This document shows, piece after piece, positions 28,778 through 39,679 of a stretch of DNA of 64,000 bases (positions are counted from its first letter, which is position 1; every line of letters begins with the position of its first letter). Both the position numbers and the translations under genes were made by a program. The notes below the pieces were generated by a model. It ran no database searches and was not told the DNA's origin. It saw only the letters and a program-made list of their open reading frames with translations. Origin of the DNA: Isosphaeraceae bacterium (lineage in GTDB: Bacteria; Planctomycetota; Planctomycetia; Isosphaerales; Isosphaeraceae); the NCBI GenBank assembly GCA_965201075.1, contig CBDAVP010000011.1, forward strand, positions 62,001 through 126,000, given 5' to 3'.

Positions 28778-29980
28778 ATGACGGATGCCACCCCATTGTC
28801 GATCCCCTCTGGGTTTCGCGCTTCGGGCGTTCGCTGCGGAATCAAGGAGTCGGGCTCCCCCGATCTGGCCGTCCTGGTGGCCGAGGGGCCTTGCCGGGCG
28901 GCGGGAACGTTCACGACCAACCGCGTCGTGGCGGCCCCGGTGCGTTGGGACCGTGACCAGACCCCTTCGGAATCCGTTCGCGCGATTGTCATCAACGCGG
29001 GCAATGCCAACGCGGCGACCGGCGAGGCGGGATACGCCGACGCCCGACAAACGGCGGCCTGGGCGGCCGAGATTCTCGGTTGTCGACCCGAGGACGTGCT
29101 GGTCGCATCAACCGGGGTCATCGGCCATCGACTGCCGATGGACAAGGTGGGCCGGGGCGTCCGGGCCGCCCTGGAAGCCGCGAACGCCGAGGTGTCCTCG
29201 TTTCGGGCAGCCTCCGAAGCCATTCTGACCACGGACAGCGGGCCCAAGATCCTTTCTCGAAAGGCCGAACTCGGCGGGGCGACCATCTCCCTGCTGGGCA
29301 TCGCCAAGGGCGCGGCGATGATCGGGCCGCGGATGGCCACGATGCTTGGCTTTTTGCTGACCGACGCACGCGTCGCTTCCGCGGACCTCCAGGCGATCCT
29401 GTCGGAGGCGGTCGAGGAGTCGTTCAACTGCATCTCGGTCGAAGGCCACACCAGCACGAATGACACGGTGCTGCTGCTGGCCAGCGGCAATGCCTGCGCG
29501 AGCGACCTCGACGGCGACGACCTCGCCCAGTTCGCGGCCCTGGTCCGCCAGACTTGCATGGACCTCGCGCGGATGATCCCCGAGGACGGCGAAGGGGCGA
29601 CCCACACCATCACAATCGACGTCGAAGGTTGCCCCGACCGGGAGTCGGCCCGCGCGATCGCCCGGGCGGTGGCCGACAGCCCTTTGGTCAAGACGGCCAT
29701 CCACGGCGCCGACCCCAACTGGGGCCGAATTGTCTCGGCCGCCGGCTACGCGGGCGTCCCCTTCGAGGAGTCGTCGCTGTCCCTCTGGCTCAACGGCGAG
29801 GCGCTATACCGCCGCGGCGTCCCCTTGCCATTCGACGCCCCGGCGGTTTCGGCCCGATTGAGAGCCAACCGCGACGTCCACATCCGTCTGTTGCTGGAGG
29901 GAGGATCGTCGTCCATCCGGTTCTGGACCTGCGACCTGACCGCCGAGTACATCCGCCTGAACGCCGACTACACCACCTGA
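28778..29980 (+). CDS. argJ: Bifunctional ornithine acetyltransferase
   Basis: NAGNANAATG, STGVIG, AKGAAMIGPRMATML, STNDT, DGEGAT, DPNWGR, NADYTT. Confidence 0.97.
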   Translation: MTDATPLSIPSGFRASGVRCGIKESGSPDLAVLVAEGPCRAAGTFTTNRVVAAPVRWDRDQTPSESVRAIVINAGNANAATGEAGYADARQTAAWAAEILGCRPEDVLVASTGVIGHRLPMDKVGRGVRAALEAANAEVSSFRAASEAILTTDSGPKILSRKAELGGATISLLGIAKGAAMIGPRMATMLGFLLTDARVASADLQAILSEAVEESFNCISVEGHTSTNDTVLLLASGNACASDLDGDDLAQFAALVRQTCMDLARMIPEDGEGATHTITIDVEGCPDRESARAIARAVADSPLVKTAIHGADPNWGRIVSAAGYAGVPFEESSLSLWLNGEALYRRGVPLPFDAPAVSARLRANRDVHIRLLLEGGSSSIRFWTCDLTAEYIRLNADYTT

Positions 29981-30063
29981 GCGACCCCAAAACCAAACCG
30001 CCCGGTCCGGAAGGGGTCAAGTCCCCCTCACCGACCGGGCGTCTCGTTTGTCTGACGGAAAAA

Positions 30064-30786
30064 TTAGGCGGTCCGGGTATTGCGACGGATCATGCGTCGC
30101 CCGCCCACGGCGAGGAAGCTGACCAGGCCGCACCCCAGCGAGACGACCGCCGAGGGCTCGGGGACGGCGTTGAGGCCGCCCGAGGCACTGGGAGGGCCCA
30201 GAACCGGCGGCGTCGAGTCCGGCGTGCCGTTGATCCGGAAGGCGCCGGTCAGTTGGTCGGAGGGGGTCCCGCAGGTCGCCCCCAACTGGGAGTAGGTTGT
30301 GCCGTGGTATCCCTGGTCGTTGTGGCCGAAGGCCGATTGCGTGTCGCCCGAGGCCTCGGCCACCAGCCAGTACATCGTTCCGGCCACCAGGGTCGGGTGG
30401 AAGGTCGAGTCGACGTTGATGATCGAGGGAATGCCCTTACTGAGGTCGACCGCCTTGTTGTTGGCCTTCATCAGGTCGAGTGCGACGCCGGGGCCGCCGT
30501 TGGGGCCGTCGGCGGCCTCGATCACGAACGTTTGCTGGTTGGTGCCCGAGACGTAGCCCATCGCCACGTCGATCGAGTCGAGCGTGACCGTCTGGTTGGG
30601 GATAAACGAGTAGGCGACGTTGTAGACGCCCGACGGCGAGGTCGCGCCGCTGATCGTGGATCCGACCGAGGTGTTGTAGCTGTCGTCGGGACCGAAGCTG
30701 CTCCAGACCGCGTCGGCCTGGGCCTTCGAGACCGGACCGGACGCCGCGCAAAGGGTGAAAAGACCCAGGATCGCGAATCGGCGCAT
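30064..30786 (-). CDS. PEP-CTERM sorting-domain protein
   Basis: Signal peptide; C-terminal VPEPS + TM helix + basic tail. Confidence 0.92.
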   Translation of the reverse strand: MRRFAILGLFTLCAASGPVSKAQADAVWSSFGPDDSYNTSVGSTISGATSPSGVYNVAYSFIPNQTVTLDSIDVAMGYVSGTNQQTFVIEAADGPNGGPGVALDLMKANNKAVDLSKGIPSIINVDSTFHPTLVAGTMYWLVAEASGDTQSAFGHNDQGYHGTTYSQLGATCGTPSDQLTGAFRINGTPDSTPPVLGPPSASGGLNAVPEPSAVVSLGCGLVSFLAVGGRRMIRRNTRTA

Positions 30787-31122
30787 GACGAAACTCCCTT
30801 TTCGACGAGGGCCGCCGACATCCTCCCGCCCCATCGACCTCCGTGATCGATGCCTCGCCTCATCCTGGGGAGCGAGCTCCCCGAGATGTCCTTTAGGCGG
30901 GCGGGCGGCCCCTCTTAGGGCGATCCGGGTCGCGTCGTCGCGACCTCCGAGATGGCCACGGGGGCTAACTTAAACGGCATTCCCCAGGAACGCAACTCCG
31001 AAAATCGGAATTTGGTTCGTCTCGCGAAGTCTCACGAGCCGGGCGAATCCCTTCACCCGGCATCAGATTCTCCCCTCGGACTACAGGCCGCCCGACGCCT
31101 TCACGAGTTCCAACCGCTCAGA

Positions 31123-31611
31123 TCAGAGCGCTGCGGCATTGATAGTCTCGGCCAGCTTCGAAAGGGCCTCATCGGTCTCGATCTCCTCGTCCAGCGTCTG
31201 TTGAAGCAGCTTGACCGCCGCGGCTTCCTTCAAATGCGTGGCAAAGGTGCGAGCCGTGCCATAGCCGGCCATTTCGTAATGTTCCACTCGCTGGGCCGCC
31301 GCGATCAGTCCGGCATCCTTGACCGCCGGCGCGGCCTTCTCATGAATCGTCTCGCTCCCCTCGGCCACCAATCCCTCCATGGCCTTGCAGGTGTGGCCCC
31401 CGGGCTTCTCTCCCAGGGCGTCGAGGATTTTGACCAGACGCTCGACGTGACCCTCGGTCTGCTTCAGGTGCTTGGCGAAACCTGCCTTGAGCGTCGGGTC
31501 GTGGGCCGCCTTTTCCATCTTCGGCAGGGCTTTGACCAGTTGCGATTCGGCACTGTAGAGGTCTCGCAGTTGTTCCACGTAAAGATCTTTCAGGGTCTCA
31601 AGCGTCGCCAC
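31123..31611 (-). CDS. Ferritin-like YciE/YciF (DUF892) protein
   Basis: LRDLYSAE.QL.KALPKM, C.AMEGL..E, AQRVEHYE.AGYG. Confidence 0.93.
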   Translation of the reverse strand: MATLETLKDLYVEQLRDLYSAESQLVKALPKMEKAAHDPTLKAGFAKHLKQTEGHVERLVKILDALGEKPGGHTCKAMEGLVAEGSETIHEKAAPAVKDAGLIAAAQRVEHYEMAGYGTARTFATHLKEAAAVKLLQQTLDEEIETDEALSKLAETINAAAL

Positions 31612-31688
31612 GATTTATCTCCCTTTGCTCTCGGTATCAGGGCGGAGCCCAATTATCGAAGCAAATTCGGTTCCTCGCGAGCAGGTCG

Positions 31689-32816
31689 TCAAACAGGGTT
31701 CGGGGTTGGCGATTCAAAAGGGGTCTCAACCCAGGACTTGCGCTCGAAGGATTCCAGGACCGCGTCGGCGACGACCTGGGCATTCAGCCCATCGAGGAAG
31801 TCTGGCGTCGCGGGGCGTCCCTCGACGATCGCCGACACGAATTCCCAGACAAGGTCATAACGAAAGACCGTGGCCGGTTCCCCCCGCGACGGGTCTCGGG
31901 GGCTACCGGCGGGGGCCAGGAATTGGGCGGGGACCGGCTCGGGCGCCAGGTCGTGACCGGACCGGCCCAGCAGGATCGTGTTGGGCTCGTGGAGGCGGTA
32001 AACGGCTGACCCCTCCGACCCGTTGATCTCGGCCCACTCGTGCCCGAACCCGTTGCGTTTGTAGCCCTTGGCGAGTGTCGTCCCCTCCCAGACGCCCACG
32101 GCGCCCGAGCGGAACTCGCCGATCAGGGCCGACCAGTCGTCGACGTCCGACGGGGGGCAGGGAAGGCCCTCGGCGGTCCGGTCCCTGGGGGCGAACCGCG
32201 CGACGGCCCCGCAGACTCGTTCCAGGGGTCCGAGCAGTCCCAGCGCGAAGTCGATGCGATGGATGGTCATGTCGAACAGGTCGCCAGCGCCGGCCCTGGC
32301 CTTGCTTTGCCGCCATCCCCAACTGGTTTCGGGTAGGTCCAGGAACCGTTGCGACCGGAAATGGCGAGGTTCGCCCAGGGCTCCCGTCTTCAAGAGGTGG
32401 GCCAGGTAGCGCATCGACGGGGCGAACCGGTAGGTGAAGGCCGTCATGTGGACGACGCCCGCGTCCCGGGCCGCCTCGTACATCTGGCGGACCTCCCCAG
32501 CGTTCAGACCCAGGGGTTTCTCGCAGAGGATGTGCTTGCCGCCTCGCGCCGCGGCCACGGCCATGTCGCGGTGAGTCCAGTTGGGCGTGGCGATGATGAC
32601 CGCGTCGACACGGTCCGAGGCGCAAATCGCCTCGTAATCGGTGGTGACGAAGTCGATGCCCCAGTCGGACTTGCGCCGTTCGAGCAGTGCGGCGTCGGCA
32701 TCGCAGGCCGCGACTAACTCGGTGCGAGGGTCGAGCCGTAAGGCCGGAACGTGGTGATAGTCGCTGACGGCGCCGGCCCCAAGGATCGCCACCCGCACGC
32801 CCGAGCCCTTGACCAT
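31689..32816 (-). CDS. Gfo/Idh/MocA oxidoreductase
   Basis: ILGAGAV, IATPN..H, HILCEKP, DMTIH. Confidence 0.92.
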   Translation of the reverse strand: MVKGSGVRVAILGAGAVSDYHHVPALRLDPRTELVAACDADAALLERRKSDWGIDFVTTDYEAICASDRVDAVIIATPNWTHRDMAVAAARGGKHILCEKPLGLNAGEVRQMYEAARDAGVVHMTAFTYRFAPSMRYLAHLLKTGALGEPRHFRSQRFLDLPETSWGWRQSKARAGAGDLFDMTIHRIDFALGLLGPLERVCGAVARFAPRDRTAEGLPCPPSDVDDWSALIGEFRSGAVGVWEGTTLAKGYKRNGFGHEWAEINGSEGSAVYRLHEPNTILLGRSGHDLAPEPVPAQFLAPAGSPRDPSRGEPATVFRYDLVWEFVSAIVEGRPATPDFLDGLNAQVVADAVLESFERKSWVETPFESPTPNPV

Positions 32817-32945
32817 CGACTTCCCCTTCCCGTGTCGTGAGATTGGACGCAAACCGGCGATTGTGGTCCGCGCCCTTGCGGACGGAAGCCGTTCCTGCAA
32901 ATCATCGGCCGATCAACTCATTCCTCGGACCTGGAGATGCGGACA

Positions 32946-34073
32946 ATGCCCGGCGAGTCTCAACCGATCCGCGTGGCCCTGGTGGGACTGGGCTTCGGAG
33001 CGGAGTTCATCCCGATCTACCAGGCTTACCCGGGTGTCGAACTGAGCACGATCTGTCGGCGGTCGCGTCGGGAGCTGGACGAGTGCGGCGAGCGTTGGCG
33101 GATCGCCAAGCGGTACACCGACTTCGAGCAGGTGCTCGCCGATCCTGAAATCGACGCGGTCCACATCAATTCACCGATCGGCGACCACGCCCGCCAGAGC
33201 GCCGCGGCACTGGTTGCCGGCAAACACGTCGCCTGCACGGTGCCGATGGGGACCTCGGTCGAGGAATGCCGCCTCGTTATCGAGGCCCAACGACGTAGCG
33301 GCAAAGTCTACATGATGATGGAAACGGTCATCTACAGCCGGGAATACCTGTTCGTGAAGAAACTGGCCGACGACGGCGAGCTTGGCCGCATTCAGTTCGT
33401 GAGGGGGTCTCATCAGCAGGACATGGCCGGCTGGCCGGGCTACTGGGAAGGCTTGCCACCGATGCACTACGCCACCCACTGCGTGAGCCCCTGCCTGGCG
33501 ATCCTGGGAGCCAAACACGCCGAGGCCGTCGTCTGCCACGGCTCGGGCCGGATCGACGAGGCCTTGATTCCCAAATACGGCAGCCCGTTCGCCATCGAGA
33601 CCGCCACGTTCTCGATCCGCGACTCCGACGTCTGCGCTGAGGTGACCCGTAGCCTCTTCAACACGGCTCGACAGTATCGAGAGAGCTTCGACGCCTACGG
33701 GAGCAGGAAGAGTTTCGAGTGGCAGCAACTCGATGGTGAGGAACCGGTCCTCCACGAGATCGGCAAGGCCGAGCCAGAAATCCCCCAGAGGGTCCCGGTC
33801 CCCGACTTCGCCTCCTCGCTCCCCGAGCCGATCCGCCGGTTCACGACCAGGGGTGTGTATAGCAGCGACGAGGACCAGCACCTCTCGTTCACCCAGGGCG
33901 GCGGCCACGGCGGGTCGCACCCGCACCTTGTTCACGCCTGGCTGTCGGCGATTCGCGGCGAGCGTCCCGCTCTGCCCGACGCCGAGACCTCGGCCAACTG
34001 GACGATGGTGGGCATTTGCGCCCACGAGTCGGCGATGAAGGGTGGCGAGAAGGTTGCGATTCCCCAATTATGA
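32946..34073 (+). CDS. Gfo/Idh/MocA oxidoreductase
   Basis: VGLGFG, HINSP, GKHVACTVP, GHGGSHPHL. Confidence 0.9.
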   Translation: MPGESQPIRVALVGLGFGAEFIPIYQAYPGVELSTICRRSRRELDECGERWRIAKRYTDFEQVLADPEIDAVHINSPIGDHARQSAAALVAGKHVACTVPMGTSVEECRLVIEAQRRSGKVYMMMETVIYSREYLFVKKLADDGELGRIQFVRGSHQQDMAGWPGYWEGLPPMHYATHCVSPCLAILGAKHAEAVVCHGSGRIDEALIPKYGSPFAIETATFSIRDSDVCAEVTRSLFNTARQYRESFDAYGSRKSFEWQQLDGEEPVLHEIGKAEPEIPQRVPVPDFASSLPEPIRRFTTRGVYSSDEDQHLSFTQGGGHGGSHPHLVHAWLSAIRGERPALPDAETSANWTMVGICAHESAMKGGEKVAIPQL

Positions 34074-34131
34074 ACCTCAAAGCGAGGCGTTGGCGGCCGG
34101 GGTGCTCGGCGTCACCTCATGCCATGAGGCA

Positions 34132-35478
34132 TTACGCAACATCTGGCAGATCGGACAGTTGCAGCCGGCCAGCGGGGTGAGTCCCCTGGTTAATGGCCGC
34201 TTGAAGCGACAAGGCCGAGTTGGCCTCCATCGCCGTGGCGGTCAGGGCAAGGGCCTGAGCGCCCCTGGCTCTCCCCGCCGTTGAAGCTCCGACGGTCTTA
34301 CTCGCCGGGGCGACGGTGAAGTTCGCGTCGGCGATCGATTGTCCCTGAAAGTTCACGTCGATGTTGAACTGGTTGACGGTCCGCCCGTCGAGGGGCTGGA
34401 TCGCCCGGGCGTTGGGGTTGAACCCCGCGCCGCTGGCGACGGCCTCGTATTGTTGAAGCTGGGCGTAATCGAGGGTGATCGGGGTCGACAGGATGAGCCA
34501 GTTGAGCGGCGAGGCGAGGGGCGGTGAGGTCAATGATCCTTCATAGAACCAGCCCATCCTGCTGGTCGGCAGCAGACCGGAGAAGTCGATCGCCCCGACG
34601 CTCGTGGTCGTGTCGCCGGGCTTCGTCAGGGAGTGGCTGGCCGCGTTGAGGATCGGGTCGAGGGCGTCGTTGTGGGCGCCCAGTTGAAGGAAAACGGCCA
34701 CCACCGTTTCTGCCCCCGAGGCGCTGAGATTGACGAAGTGTTCCTCCATGGGATAGGTCGTGCCGTTGACGAGATTCTCGGCCGGGTCGTGGTAGTGGAG
34801 CTGCAAGAGGTTGTACGAGATCCCGGCCAGGGTGATCGTGTCGGCCCCGTTGGCGGCAAACTGTGCCTGGATCTGCGAGCCGTTGTTAATCACCTGCGTC
34901 GGGGCGGCGCTGGCGTAGTGGATGGTCAGGTACTGGCTCAGGTCGATCGGCGCTCCGTTAAGATTGATGGGAGACTCGAAGGGGGCGTTCCCCTGGGTCG
35001 TGATGGTCGACCATGAGGCCGGGCCCACCGGACCGTTGGCCGGGTTGTTGTTCCCGGTGCGATAGTTCCACGAGTCGCCGTTATACGACTGGCCGGTCGC
35101 CGGGTTAATCGCGTACCCTCCGGCCGGCTCGGTGGTCACGAACTGGGGCGAGGCTTGCACAAACCTTGACGGAATGATCGCGTGGACCACATAGGGCCCA
35201 TCGGCCGGAACTCGGAAGCCGTAGCGTCCCCTGGGGCCCGTGAGGGTCGTCGCCAGGACATGGTTGTCCGCGTTGATCAACTGAACGCGGATGTGGCCGA
35301 CCCCCCGGCCGCTGACGTCGTTGGTGATCGTCCCCGAGATCAAACCGGCCGACGGCAACGCTGCGGCATGGACGGTGCTGAGGACCCGACGGGCCTCCAG
35401 CGGTTCGATTCGCAAGGTTGGTCGTCCAGCGGGTCGCTTCGAGACGGTGCGGGTGCGAGCCACGACGTTGAGACCCAT
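34132..35478 (-). CDS. Extracellular alpha-carbonic anhydrase with planctomycete LExRxL motif and SdrD-B-like domain
   Basis: EPLEARRVLS; ESPIN, QLHYH, EEHFV, YEGSLTSPP, NARAIQPL. Confidence 0.85.
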   Translation of the reverse strand: MGLNVVARTRTVSKRPAGRPTLRIEPLEARRVLSTVHAAALPSAGLISGTITNDVSGRGVGHIRVQLINADNHVLATTLTGPRGRYGFRVPADGPYVVHAIIPSRFVQASPQFVTTEPAGGYAINPATGQSYNGDSWNYRTGNNNPANGPVGPASWSTITTQGNAPFESPINLNGAPIDLSQYLTIHYASAAPTQVINNGSQIQAQFAANGADTITLAGISYNLLQLHYHDPAENLVNGTTYPMEEHFVNLSASGAETVVAVFLQLGAHNDALDPILNAASHSLTKPGDTTTSVGAIDFSGLLPTSRMGWFYEGSLTSPPLASPLNWLILSTPITLDYAQLQQYEAVASGAGFNPNARAIQPLDGRTVNQFNIDVNFQGQSIADANFTVAPASKTVGASTAGRARGAQALALTATAMEANSALSLQAAINQGTHPAGRLQLSDLPDVA

Positions 35479-35894
35479 CGGAGAATGTCCCATCCAGGAG
35501 AGAGAGGCGGGAGCGGGTTTGAGAGGACGTTGGGCGATTTCAAGAGGATTTCGGCGGAACGGCGTCCTCAACCCGCCGATCGCCAACCCAAGCTTTCACA
35601 AGCAAAGGACGCCAGGTCTCGGGAGTCAAATCGGGGCGATGGGCCGAGGAAAAGAGGACGGGTACTCGCGGCCGAGGGTCGGGGAGAACGTATCACGATG
35701 CGGTCGCGAGAACCCATCCTCTTTTCCCCGGCATCTCCGGTTCTTGAACCATGCTCTAACGATGTCCTGACTGATTGTCGGTTTCTGGTCCGTCGACTGA
35801 CGCTTCCATCCGATCTCGAGCCGAAACGTCGTTGTGAAGGCGAGATTCGGAACCGCGTCTTTGCACAAAACACGGATTCGACGGGAGAGCGATC

Positions 35895-36557
35895 ATGCGT
35901 GTTCGCTGGTATGGTCACGCCGCGTTTGGGATCGAGACTGCCGACCAGCGGGTCATTCTCGACCCTTACCGTTCTCCCGACTCTGGCGGATACTTGCCGA
36001 TTGGCGACCCGGCCGAGGTCGTGGTTGTCAGTCACGAGAACGACCGGTATCACAGCCACCTTGGCCAGATTGTTCCGCCATTCGAGGTCGTGCGGGCCCT
36101 GGAATTACCCGAGGGGGGGCGAGAGGTTGGCGGCATTCGGTTCCACGCGATCCCCTGCTTCGAAACGCCCGAGAAGCGACCCGAGGACGCCGTGACCGTG
36201 GTCCATTTCCGCGTCGAGGGGCTGCACGTTGTCCACCTGGGAGACCTTGGCCATTCGCTGTCGGAGAAGGAACTCGCGCCGATCGTCGGGGCGGACGTGG
36301 TGCTTGCCGCGGCCGGGGGTCCGCCGACGCTCGACTTTCCCGAGATCCCCGCCTTGCTGGAAGCGATCGGCCCAAAAGTGATCATTCCGATGCACTACAA
36401 GACGCCCCGGATCAACCTGGCCATCCAGCCCGTCGAGCGGTTCCTCGCCTGCCTGCCCCAACTCCCGGTGGACCGTCCGGGAGCGAGCGTCATCGAGTTG
36501 ACCCGGGAGACCTTGCCGGCGTCTTGCCGGATCATCTGGCTGGAATCGGCTCGCTGA
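35895..36557 (+). CDS. MBL-fold metallo-hydrolase
   Basis: WYGHAAF, DPY, SHE..YH, HLGDLGH, IPMHY. Confidence 0.9.
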   Translation: MRVRWYGHAAFGIETADQRVILDPYRSPDSGGYLPIGDPAEVVVVSHENDRYHSHLGQIVPPFEVVRALELPEGGREVGGIRFHAIPCFETPEKRPEDAVTVVHFRVEGLHVVHLGDLGHSLSEKELAPIVGADVVLAAAGGPPTLDFPEIPALLEAIGPKVIIPMHYKTPRINLAIQPVERFLACLPQLPVDRPGASVIELTRETLPASCRIIWLESAR

Positions 36558-36581
36558 GCCGGTTGGATCGGCCGGGCCCTT

Positions 36582-37634
36582 TCACGAGGAGGGGCCGGGC
36601 CGGTCGGGGGTGGCCGAGGCAGCTGGCGGGGATGGGTTGGGCGCTTCGCCGACGTCGAGGGTGTACACCTCGGAGGTTTCCCGACGGTGGAGGGTGCCGT
36701 TGTAGACCTTGACCGTCCCGTTGTGTTTGACGCGGACCTTCCAGTGGGTAGGGACGTCCTGACCGGCGACCTTCATTCCGCCATAGTAGCGGACGAACCA
36801 GCGGTACTTTCCGGGCGGGCCATGAGTCAACTTCGCCTTGGCTCCCCCTTCGTCGTCACGGAGGAACCAGGAGATGTTTTCAGGCCCGAAGCCGGTGAGG
36901 TTGTCCACGTCGATCTCGCCGCCAGCCTCGGTTGGTTTGCCCCGCTCAACCCAGTAAATCTCGTTCCCGCCGGGCTCGGTGACGTGGAGGTCGAGGTCGG
37001 CCTGGGTGTCCCAGAGGAGGGTGAATTGGGGGTCGCCCACCTTGACCACAACTCCGCGGATGCGTTCGGTGGCGGTGCCGTCGGGGCTGCCGAACTTCGC
37101 CAGGCCGAAACCATCGCCGCCGGCCCCACCCCCCTTGCCGGGTCGATCCGGGGCCTTCGCGGAAGTGTCGCCGACGGAGACTCTTGAGAGGAGGTCGGGC
37201 AGGGAGTCGAGCCGGGCGTTGGCCAGGGTCGGGGGGACGACGGCGGTCGCGTCGGCCAGGGGGGCGGCGGGAATCTCGGGCGGGGGAGCCAGCCCTCCCA
37301 TGAGGATGGTCACGCCTCCCTCGACGCCGAGGGGGTCGCCCAGGGCCTCGGCCCCCAGGGTTGTGTCGATCGTTTCCACCCGGGGACGTTCGGTCGAGAA
37401 GACCCACAGGCCCAGAACCACCAGCAAGGCCGCGTGCAGGGCTAGCGAGATCGCCCATCCCTTGACGGCCCGCGGAGGGAGGCTCGGCGTTGAAATCTCC
37501 TCGGGATCGCCGTCATCCTCGGCCGTCGGCGACGGGGGCGGGGTGGCGAGGACCGGATGGGCCGGGCGGGCGACGGGGAGGTCTTGCGAGGGCCCGTCGA
37601 GGTCGAGGCTGACGGCCGGATCGGGCCGGGTCAT
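36582..37634 (-). CDS. Membrane-anchored DUF2135/YfaP-like protein
   Basis: SLALHAALL TM helix; LLWDTQADLDLHVTEP, DVDNLTGFGPENI. Confidence 0.8.
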   Translation of the reverse strand: MTRPDPAVSLDLDGPSQDLPVARPAHPVLATPPPSPTAEDDGDPEEISTPSLPPRAVKGWAISLALHAALLVVLGLWVFSTERPRVETIDTTLGAEALGDPLGVEGGVTILMGGLAPPPEIPAAPLADATAVVPPTLANARLDSLPDLLSRVSVGDTSAKAPDRPGKGGGAGGDGFGLAKFGSPDGTATERIRGVVVKVGDPQFTLLWDTQADLDLHVTEPGGNEIYWVERGKPTEAGGEIDVDNLTGFGPENISWFLRDDEGGAKAKLTHGPPGKYRWFVRYYGGMKVAGQDVPTHWKVRVKHNGTVKVYNGTLHRRETSEVYTLDVGEAPNPSPPAASATPDRPGPSS

Positions 37635-37823
37635 CGAGGTGTCTCCGCGACGGGTCGGGGTCGCTTCTAGCTTATCTCGCCGAGGTTCGTCGCCGGAAGA
37701 GGCTGCCCACGGACGACCAGGCGGGGCGTTGGGCAACTTGCCCTGGCGCCTCGCGACGGTTACAAGGGATAACGCGGCGAGTCGAGCTTTTCTCCCAGGG
37801 CAGGCCCACGGCCGGGATCGCGG

Positions 37824-38645
37824 ATGGACGGGGACGGGCTGAAGACTCTGTTGGATGGGCTTTTGGCGGGGACGATCTCCCGGGACGAGGCCGAACGCCG
37901 ACTCCGGACCGCTCCCCTGGAGGAGGCTGGCGGGTTCGCCACGGTCGACCTGCATCGGAGCCTGCGCTGCGGGACGCCCGAGGTGATTTTCGGGCAGGGG
38001 AAGACGGCTGAGCAGACCATCGCGATCCTCCAGACGTTGAACCGTCACGATCAGGGGGGCCTGGTCACTCGCGTTCCGCCAGGCAGCGAGACCGCGTTGC
38101 TTGAGGCGTTTCCCGAAGGGGAATGGAACGCGCTGGGGCGGACGTTCCGGGTCCGTGCGGCGGGGGCCGAGGCGCCGAAGGTGGGCCGGGTGGTCGTGGT
38201 GACGGCCGGGACGAGCGACCTGCCTGTGGCCGAGGAAGCCAGGGTTTCGGCCGAGTCATGGGGGTGCGAGGTGACCTTGGTGGTCGACGTGGGGGTGGCC
38301 GGCATCCACCGACTGTTCCGTCGCCTGGATGACCTGGGTGGGGCCGACTGCGTGGTGGTGGTGGCGGGGATGGAGGGGGCGTTGCCGAGTGTCGTCGGCG
38401 GCCTGGTGGCCTGTCCGGTCATCGCCGTGCCCACCAGCATCGGCTACGGGGCGAGCTTCGGCGGGTTGGCGGCTCTGTTGGGAATGCTCAACAGTTGCGC
38501 CTCGAACGTGGTGGTGGTCAACATTGACGCGGGATTCAACGGCGGCCACGTTGGTGGGTTGATTGCTCGACGAGCCGGGTTGGCCCGGGCGGGGGCGAAG
38601 CCCGATCAGGACGAAAGGCGAGAGCATGGCGATTCAGCGCATTGA
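37824..38645 (+). CDS. larB: Nickel pincer cofactor biosynthesis protein LarB
   Basis: PEVIFGQGKT, AGTSDLPVAEEA, DVGVAGIHRL, AGMEGALPSV, VNIDAGF. Confidence 0.93.
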   Translation: MDGDGLKTLLDGLLAGTISRDEAERRLRTAPLEEAGGFATVDLHRSLRCGTPEVIFGQGKTAEQTIAILQTLNRHDQGGLVTRVPPGSETALLEAFPEGEWNALGRTFRVRAAGAEAPKVGRVVVVTAGTSDLPVAEEARVSAESWGCEVTLVVDVGVAGIHRLFRRLDDLGGADCVVVVAGMEGALPSVVGGLVACPVIAVPTSIGYGASFGGLAALLGMLNSCASNVVVVNIDAGFNGGHVGGLIARRAGLARAGAKPDQDERREHGDSAH

Positions 38646-39498
38646 GGCCGTTCCGTCCCTCCCGAAGCGGAAGTCGGGGTCGAACAAGGGAGATTTCGGG
38701 TCGGTTCTGGTCGTCGCCGGGGGTCGGGGAATGGCCGGCGCGGCCGCTCTGGTCGGCGCCTCGGCGTTGCGATCGGGCGCGGGCAAGGTTCGCGTGGCGA
38801 CTCCGGCCGAGGTCCAGCCGATCGTGGCGAGTTTTGAGCCCTGTTACATGACCTATCCCCTGCCCGAGGATGAGGACGGCTTGATCCGCTTCCCCGAGGC
38901 CCGCAAGGTTTTGGAGAAACTACTCGAATCGTTCCATTTCCTGGCGATCGGCCCGGGACTGGGGCAGTCCGACGGCCTGAAGGCGCTGATCCGCTGGGTT
39001 CTGGAGGAGGTCCAGGTTCCCACCGTGCTGGACGCCGACGGCCTGAACAACCTGGTCGGCCAGGTCGAGTTACTGGAAACGATCCAGCGACCGGTGGTCA
39101 TCACGCCGCATCCCGGGGAGTTTGGCCGACTGGTGGGGAAGTCGGCCGCCGAGGTGAACGCCGACCGGACCGCGCAGGCGGCGGCCCTGGCGTCTCGGTC
39201 GCCTCACCTGACGGTCGTCCTGAAGGGGGAAGGGACGGTCGTCACCGACGGGAACCGGGCCTACGTCAACACGACCGGCAACCCCGGGATGGCCACGGGC
39301 GGATCGGGCGATGTCTTGACCGGCGTCGTCGCGGCCTTGCTGGGTCAGGGCCTGCCAGCGTTCGAGGCCGCCGTCTTGGGGACTTACGCTCACGGCATTG
39401 CCGGAGACCTGGCTCTCGACAATGACGGCGAGGTGGGGATGATCGCCGGGGACATTGTCGACGCCCTGGCCGACGCGTTCGACCACCTTCAGCAGTGA
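38626..39498 (+). CDS. nnrD: ADP-dependent NAD(P)H-hydrate dehydratase
   Basis: NKGDFG, IGPGLG, LDADGL, TPHPGEF, MATGGSGDVL. Confidence 0.93.
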   Translation: MAIQRIEAVPSLPKRKSGSNKGDFGSVLVVAGGRGMAGAAALVGASALRSGAGKVRVATPAEVQPIVASFEPCYMTYPLPEDEDGLIRFPEARKVLEKLLESFHFLAIGPGLGQSDGLKALIRWVLEEVQVPTVLDADGLNNLVGQVELLETIQRPVVITPHPGEFGRLVGKSAAEVNADRTAQAAALASRSPHLTVVLKGEGTVVTDGNRAYVNTTGNPGMATGGSGDVLTGVVAALLGQGLPAFEAAVLGTYAHGIAGDLALDNDGEVGMIAGDIVDALADAFDHLQQ

Positions 39499-39679
39499 AC
39501 GCGACGGCTTGGCCTGTCGCGAAGTGGCCGTTCCTCGTATATTCAATGACGATGCCGTGAAGGGTACGCTCCATCGAGGTGGCGGCCAACGGCGATCACT
39601 AGCCGGCCGTCGCGGGCCGAGTCGGGAGGGCGGGGTGGCGACGCACGAGAATCCTCAATCCCCACCCTGGACGTATCGC

